This document shows positions 56,107 through 64,000 of a stretch of DNA of 64,000 bases, piece by piece. Position 1 is the first letter of the stretch. Every line of letters begins with the position of its first letter. The notes under the pieces were generated by a model, which worked only from the letters and a program-made list of their open reading frames with translations, was not told the origin of the DNA and ran no database searches. Source of the DNA: Eledone cirrhosa (Eukaryota). The stretch is from NCBI GenBank assembly GCA_964016885.1, contig OZ024740.1:84258001-84322000 (forward strand). The letters are read 5' to 3'. Made by a program: the position numbers and the translations under genes.

Positions 56107-57134
56107 CAGGCACACATATATATATGTACGTATCAGTTTAGCGAACATTTATTATAATGTTCGCTTTGTTCGTTTGTAAACAACGGACAGCCTGATTTAT
56201 GCCGTACGGTGTTAAGGCAACCACGTCACCTTTTTATTCAACACTGACACAGGAACGATGTACTAGTTTTAAGCTTGTTAGCTATCGTCAGCACCGTATA
56301 CCCTTCTGCCAGATGGTTGAACGTTCGAAAGTATATACTTTCCTTATGAAAATTAACGGCTGAGCAGCCTAATTTGCATATCGACTGAACTCACTCGATA
56401 TGCAAATTAGGCTGCTCAGCCGTTAATTTTCATAAGGAAAGTATATACTTTCGAACGTTCAACCATCTGGCAGAAGGGTATACGGTGCTGACGATAGCTA
56501 ACAAGCTTGAAACTAGTACATCGTTCCTGTGTCAGTGTTGAACAAAAAGGTGACGTGGTTGCCTTAACACCGTACGGCATAAAACAGGCTGTGCGTTTGT
56601 TTACAAACGAACAAAGCGAACATTATAATAAATGTTCGCTAAACTGATACGTACATATATATATATGTGTGCCTGTATGTATATATATATATATATATAT
56701 ATATGCATGCTACTGTACGTCTGTATACATATGTGTATGTACGTATACATACATACTTACATTTAAGTAAGTGCCGTACTAAGAGTGAGAAATGAAATTT
56801 CATTTCATTCTATTCCATTTTATCGTTTTCGGTGCGCCTGGCCGACTGAACTCACTCAATATTCAAATTAGGCTGCTCAGGCGTTAATTTTCATAAGGAA
56901 AGTATATACTTTCGAACGTTCAACCATCTGGCAGAAGGGTATATGGTGCTGACGATAGCTAACAAGCTTGAAACTAGTACAACGTTCCTGTGTCAGTGTT
57001 GAACAAAAAGGTGTCGTGGTTGCCTTAACACCGTACGGCATAAAACAGGCTGTCCGTTTGTTTACAAACGAACAAAGCGAACATTATAATAAATGTTCGC
57101 TAAACTGGTACGTACATATATATATGTGTGCCTG

Positions 57135-57208
<74 letters not shown>

Positions 57209-57637
57209 TGCTACTGTACGTCTGTATAAATATATGTATGTACGTATACATACATACTTACATTTAAGTAAGTGCCGTACTAAGAGTGAGAAATGAAATT
57301 TCATTTCATTCTATTACATTTTATCGTTTTCGGTGCGCCTGGCCGACTGAACTCACTCAATATGCAAATTAGGCTGCTCAGGCGTTAATTTTCATAAGGA
57401 AAGTATATACTTTCGAACGTTCAACCATCTGGCAGAAGGGTATACGGTGCTGACGATAGCTAACAAGCTTGAAACTAGTACATCGTTCCTGTGTCAGTGT
57501 TGAACAAAAAGGTGACGTGGTTGACTTAACACCGTACGGCATAAAACAGGCTGTGCGTTTGTTTACAAACGAACAAAGCGAACATTATAATAAATGTTCG
57601 CTAAACTGATACGTACATATATATATATGTGTGCCTG

Positions 57638-57711
<74 letters not shown>

Positions 57712-58138
57712 TGCTACTGTACGTCTGTATACATATGTGTATGTACGTATACATACATACTTACATTTAAGTAAGTGCCGTACTAAGAGTGAGAAATGAA
57801 ATTTCATTTCATTCTATTCCATTTTATCGTTTTCGGTGCGCCTGGCCGACTGAACTCACTCAATATTCAAATTAGGCTGCTCAGGCGTTAATTTTCATAA
57901 GGAAAGTATATACTTTCGAACGTTCAACCATCTGGCAGAAGGGTATATGGTGCTGACGATAGCTAACAAGCTTGAAACTAGTACATCGTTCCTGTGTCAG
58001 TGTTGAACAAAAAGGTGTCGTGGTTGCCTTAACACCGTACGGCATAAAACAGGCTGTCCGTTTGTTTACAAACGAACAAAGCGAACATTATAATAAATGT
58101 TCGCTAAACTGGTACGTACATATATATATGTGTGCCTG

Positions 58139-58224
<86 letters not shown>

Positions 58225-58748
58225 TGCTACTGTACGTCTGTATAAATATATGTATGTACGTATACATACATACTTACATTTAAGTAAGTGCCGTACTAAG
58301 AGTGAGAAATGAAATTTTCATTTCATTCTATTCCATTTTATCGTTTTCGGTGCGCCTGGCCGACTGAACTCACTCGATATGCAAATTAGGCTGCTCAGCC
58401 GTTAATTTTCATAAGGAAAGTATATACTTTCGAACGTTCAACCATCTGGCAGAAGGGTATACGGTGCTGACGATAGCTAACAAGCTTGAAACTAGTACAT
58501 CTTTCCTGTGTCAGTGTTGAACAAAAAGGTGACGCGGTTGCCTTAACACCGTACGGCATAAACCAGGCTGTCCGTTTGTTTACAAACGAACAAAGCGAAC
58601 ATTATAATAAATGTTCGCTAAACTGATACGTACATATAAATATGTGTGCCTGTATGTATATATATATGTATATATATATATATATATATATGCATGCTAC
58701 TGTACGTCTGTATACATATATGTATGTACGTATACATACATACTTACA
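55926..58748 (+). mobile_element. Family A retrozyme-like array: one inverted unit plus 5 tandem HHR units
   Basis: Inverted 55926-56383 (HHR 56255-56297 minus, G12 to A); plus-strand HHRs at 56482, 56943, 57444, 57947, 58461; spacing 461-514 due to internal (TA)n. Confidence 0.9.
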
Positions 58749-58782
<34 letters not shown>

Positions 58783-58783
58783 A

Positions 58784-58818
<35 letters not shown>

Positions 58819-58827
58819 CATATATAC

Positions 58828-58992
<165 letters not shown>

Positions 58993-59027
58993 CATATATA
59001 CATATATATATATATATACATATATAC

Positions 59028-59116
<89 letters not shown>

Positions 59117-59155
59117 CATATATATATATATGCATATATATATATACATATATAC

Positions 59156-59250
<95 letters not shown>

Positions 59251-59295
59251 AATATATATATATATACATATATATACATATATATACATATATAC

Positions 59296-59416
<121 letters not shown>

Positions 59417-59433
59417 TACATATATATATATAC

Positions 59434-59507
<74 letters not shown>

Positions 59508-59509
59508 GC

Positions 59510-59561
<52 letters not shown>

Positions 59562-59562
59562 T

Positions 59563-59634
<72 letters not shown>

Positions 59635-59706
59635 CATATGTATATATATATATACATATATATATACATATATATATGTATATATATATATATGTATATA
59701 TATATG

Positions 59707-59737
<31 letters not shown>

Positions 59738-59738
59738 G

Positions 59739-59841
<103 letters not shown>

Positions 59842-59844
59842 GTA

Positions 59845-59944
<100 letters not shown>

Positions 59945-59945
59945 C

Positions 59946-59976
<31 letters not shown>

Positions 59977-60260
59977 CATATATATATACATATATATATA
60001 TATACATATATATATGTATATTTATATATATATATATATAACTATATTTATAAAACCATATTTATTTCATTATACATATTTCAGGGATACCATATTAAAT
60101 TATGGTATGCCTTCATCAGACAAAATACAATATATAACAGTTTTACAAATAGCTTTGACGTACCCTTTTAAAATACAACCATTACTTTTGGAGGCTGTCT
60201 GGATAGTTTCCATTTATTAATATTTACTTGTTGTATACCAACAACTTTAAATAGAACTTT

Positions 60261-60305
<45 letters not shown>

Positions 60306-60312
<7 letters not shown>

Positions 60313-61112
60313 GTAAAATAAGAAAATTTTTGAAAAAAATTTTTAAAAAATTAACTTACTTACTTAAATTTACACTCCAACTAATTAGTTTCTGCAATGG
60401 GATAAAGACAGTTACGTAATGAACTGTTGAGAATTTCATTGCGTCATCAGGGAGATCATTCTCAGCCACGTCTCCAGGCAATGCGCGGACACTGGGGACT
60501 CATATAAAAATTATAATAATTCGGTAAATGGAACAGCTATCGAGGACTGGATTCCAGTTACTGAAAATTCACACTGCTACTGGTCATATGGCCGATTCTA
60601 AAGAATCAATCACGTGACACAGAGGCTAGTCAGTAGGAATGGGATGGTAAGATGACAGACGCCTACTAACACCCCCAACAAATTTAGAAGTGGTTTTGGC
60701 AGGTTTGCTCGACAAATCAGTGATTTGGAGATAAATATAGATAATTTAATATATCTACTAACATAAGCGCACAGATGTACGCTAATGCCAGCAAATACAC
60801 AGGTTATGTCATAGTACCTAGGTGGTTCAATGCAGGAGGATGCAGAACAATAATATAAAAGACGTAAAATAAGAAAAATTTAAAAAAAAACTTTTTTTTA
60901 AATTAACTTACTTACTTAAATTTACACTCCAACTAATTAGTTTCTGCAATGGGATAAAGACAGTTACGTAATGAACTGTTGAGAATTTCATTGCGTCATC
61001 AGGGAGATCATTCTCAGCCAAGTCTCCAGGCTAGGTACTATGACATAACCTGTGTATTTGCTGGCATTAGCGTACATCTGTGCGCTTATGTTAGTAGATA
61101 TATTAAATTATC
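60306..61112 (-). mobile_element. Family G partial tandem (552-nt unit) with two HHRs and inverted 5' piece
   Basis: HHRs at 60375-60454 and 60927-61006 (-); 61031-61112 inverted. Confidence 0.85.
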
Positions 61113-61157
61113 TATATATATATAGACATATATATATAGAGATATATATATATATAC

Positions 61158-61230
<73 letters not shown>

Positions 61231-61270
61231 CATTATATATATATGTATATATATACATATATATATATAC

Positions 61271-61381
<111 letters not shown>

Positions 61382-61420
61382 CATATTTATATATATATAT
61401 ATACATATTTATATATATAC

Positions 61421-61525
<105 letters not shown>

Positions 61526-61567
61526 CATATATATTTTTATATATATATATATATACATATATATTTT

Positions 61568-61827
<260 letters not shown>

Positions 61828-62166
61828 GATATATATATATATACATATATATATATGCATATATATATATATACATATATAAATGAAAGGTATAGAAAAC
61901 ACTGCAGCAAAAAGCGAAACAGCATTCCATAATATATAAGTGACTCTAGCGTCAAAATGGGAAAAATAGTTAGCGTAAGATGTGGGAAAAATAATTCAAA
62001 CTCGTCTCAAAGAGAATCAGGATATAAATTCCTCCACAGAATGTAGTGAAATCCAGGGAAACATCAATAGAGCCTTAACTCATGATAAAATAAAGTCTAA
62101 AATACTTATCCTTCAATTTGGAAAAACTTCAAATGCTCTGTATAGTCTTAAAGACTATTTCATGAA

Positions 62167-62373
<207 letters not shown>

Positions 62374-62542
62374 TATTTATATATATTAAGTTAGATCGCA
62401 GATATAAAAGACAGCGAGAAGCGAAAACCAACCAAACAGTGAGTCTGTTCTGTTATTAATTCTGGCAATATTACACAAATATGACCCTCCCCAAGTATAT
62501 ATATATATATATATACATATAAATATACATATATATATATAG

Positions 62543-62591
<49 letters not shown>

Positions 62592-62593
<2 letters not shown>

Positions 62594-62848
62594 AAGAATT
62601 AATATATCTACTAACTTAGTAGTTCTATGCAGGGGGATGCAGAACAATTATATGAAAGACGTAAATAAGAAAGTTATGAAAATTGACTTACTTACTAAAA
62701 TTTCACTCCAACTAATTAGTTTCTGATGACGTAAGGCTTCTCTACAGTATTACATAACTGTATTTATCCCCTTACAGAAACTAATTAGTTGGAGTGAAAT
62801 TTTAGTAAGTAAGTCAATTTTCATAACTTTCTTATTTACGTCTTTCAT
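62592..62848 (+). mobile_element. Diverged family G palindromic fragment with HHR lacking its 5' helix I strand
   Basis: CTGATGA-c-gtaagg...ccttac-a-GAAA-ctaattag-TT-ggag at 62723-62794. Confidence 0.75.
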
Positions 62849-62888
62849 ACATATATATATATATACATATATATACATATATATATAC

Positions 62889-62939
<51 letters not shown>

Positions 62940-62966
62940 CATATATATACATATATATATATATAC

Positions 62967-63031
<65 letters not shown>

Positions 63032-63056
63032 CATATATATATACATATATATATAC

Positions 63057-63088
<32 letters not shown>

Positions 63089-63117
63089 GTAAGTATGCAT
63101 GTATGCATGAAAATTAT

Positions 63118-63795
63118 GCATGAAAATTAACGGCTGAGCAGCCTAATTTGCATATTGAGTGAGTTAAATCGGTCAGGCATACCGAAAACGATAAATTGAA
63201 ACAAAATGAAAACGAAATTTCATTTCTCACTCTTAGTATGGCACTTACTTAAATGTAAGTATGCATGTATACGTACATACATATATGTATACAGACGTAC
63301 AGTAGCATGCACATATATATATATATACATATATACATACATATGCATACAGGTACACATACATATATGCACGTATCAGCCGTTAATTTTCATAAGGAAA
63401 GTATATACTTTCGAACGTTCAACTATCTGGCAGATGGGTAAACGGTGCTGATGATAGGTAACAAGCTTGAAACTAGTACATCGTTCCTGTGTCAGTGTTG
63501 AACAAAAAGGCGACGTGGTTGCCTTAACACCGTATGGCATAAATTCAGGCTGTTCAGTTTGTTTACAAACGAACAAAGCGACGTTATAATAAGCGCCGCT
63601 AAACTGATACGTGCATATATGTATGTGTACCTGTATGCATATGTATGTATATATGTATATATATATATATATATATGTGCATGCTACTGTACGTCTGTAT
63701 ACATATATGTATGTACGTATACATGCATACTTACATTTAAGTAAGTGCCATACTAAGAGTGAGAAATGAAATTTCGTTTTCATTTTGTTTCAATT

Positions 63796-63798
<3 letters not shown>
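63118..63798 (+). mobile_element. Family A monomer with inverted 5' arm
   Basis: 63118-63377 inverted; HHR acggtg-CTGATGA...GAAA-ctag-TA-catcgt at 63442-63484. Confidence 0.85.
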
Positions 63799-63827
<29 letters not shown>

Positions 63828-63828
63828 C

Positions 63829-63877
<49 letters not shown>

Positions 63878-63892
63878 CATATATATATATGT

Positions 63893-64000
<108 letters not shown>

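Overview
AT-rich eukaryotic repeat DNA. The tRNA-derived SINEs resemble those of octopus/cephalopods, but that is my recollection, not a search result. There is no confidently identifiable host gene, and most ORFs in the track are microsatellite artefacts. The window is a long (TA)n microsatellite scaffold holding many Penelope-like retroelements (PLEs; RT plus C-terminal GIY-YIG endonuclease) and their non-coding derivatives. One PLE is nearly intact (44107-46328, minus). Reading the non-coding inserts by eye, I find about 48 type I hammerhead ribozyme (HHR) motifs from about 18 sequence families, some with decayed cores. They include tandem retrozyme-like arrays (units of about 430-515, 466 and 552 nt) and three families with a compensatory U3-A8 catalytic core (TTGAAAA). 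Helix III is nearly always palindromic, and several families have greatly enlarged helix II domains. Many inserts carry an inverted 5' copy of their own 3' end, with junctions often at or near the ribozyme. Also present: a non-autonomous Helitron carrying a 91/93-bp minisatellite, SINEs, and R4-, RTE- and CR1/L2-like LINE fragments. All folds and counts are manual and need computational and biochemical confirmation.
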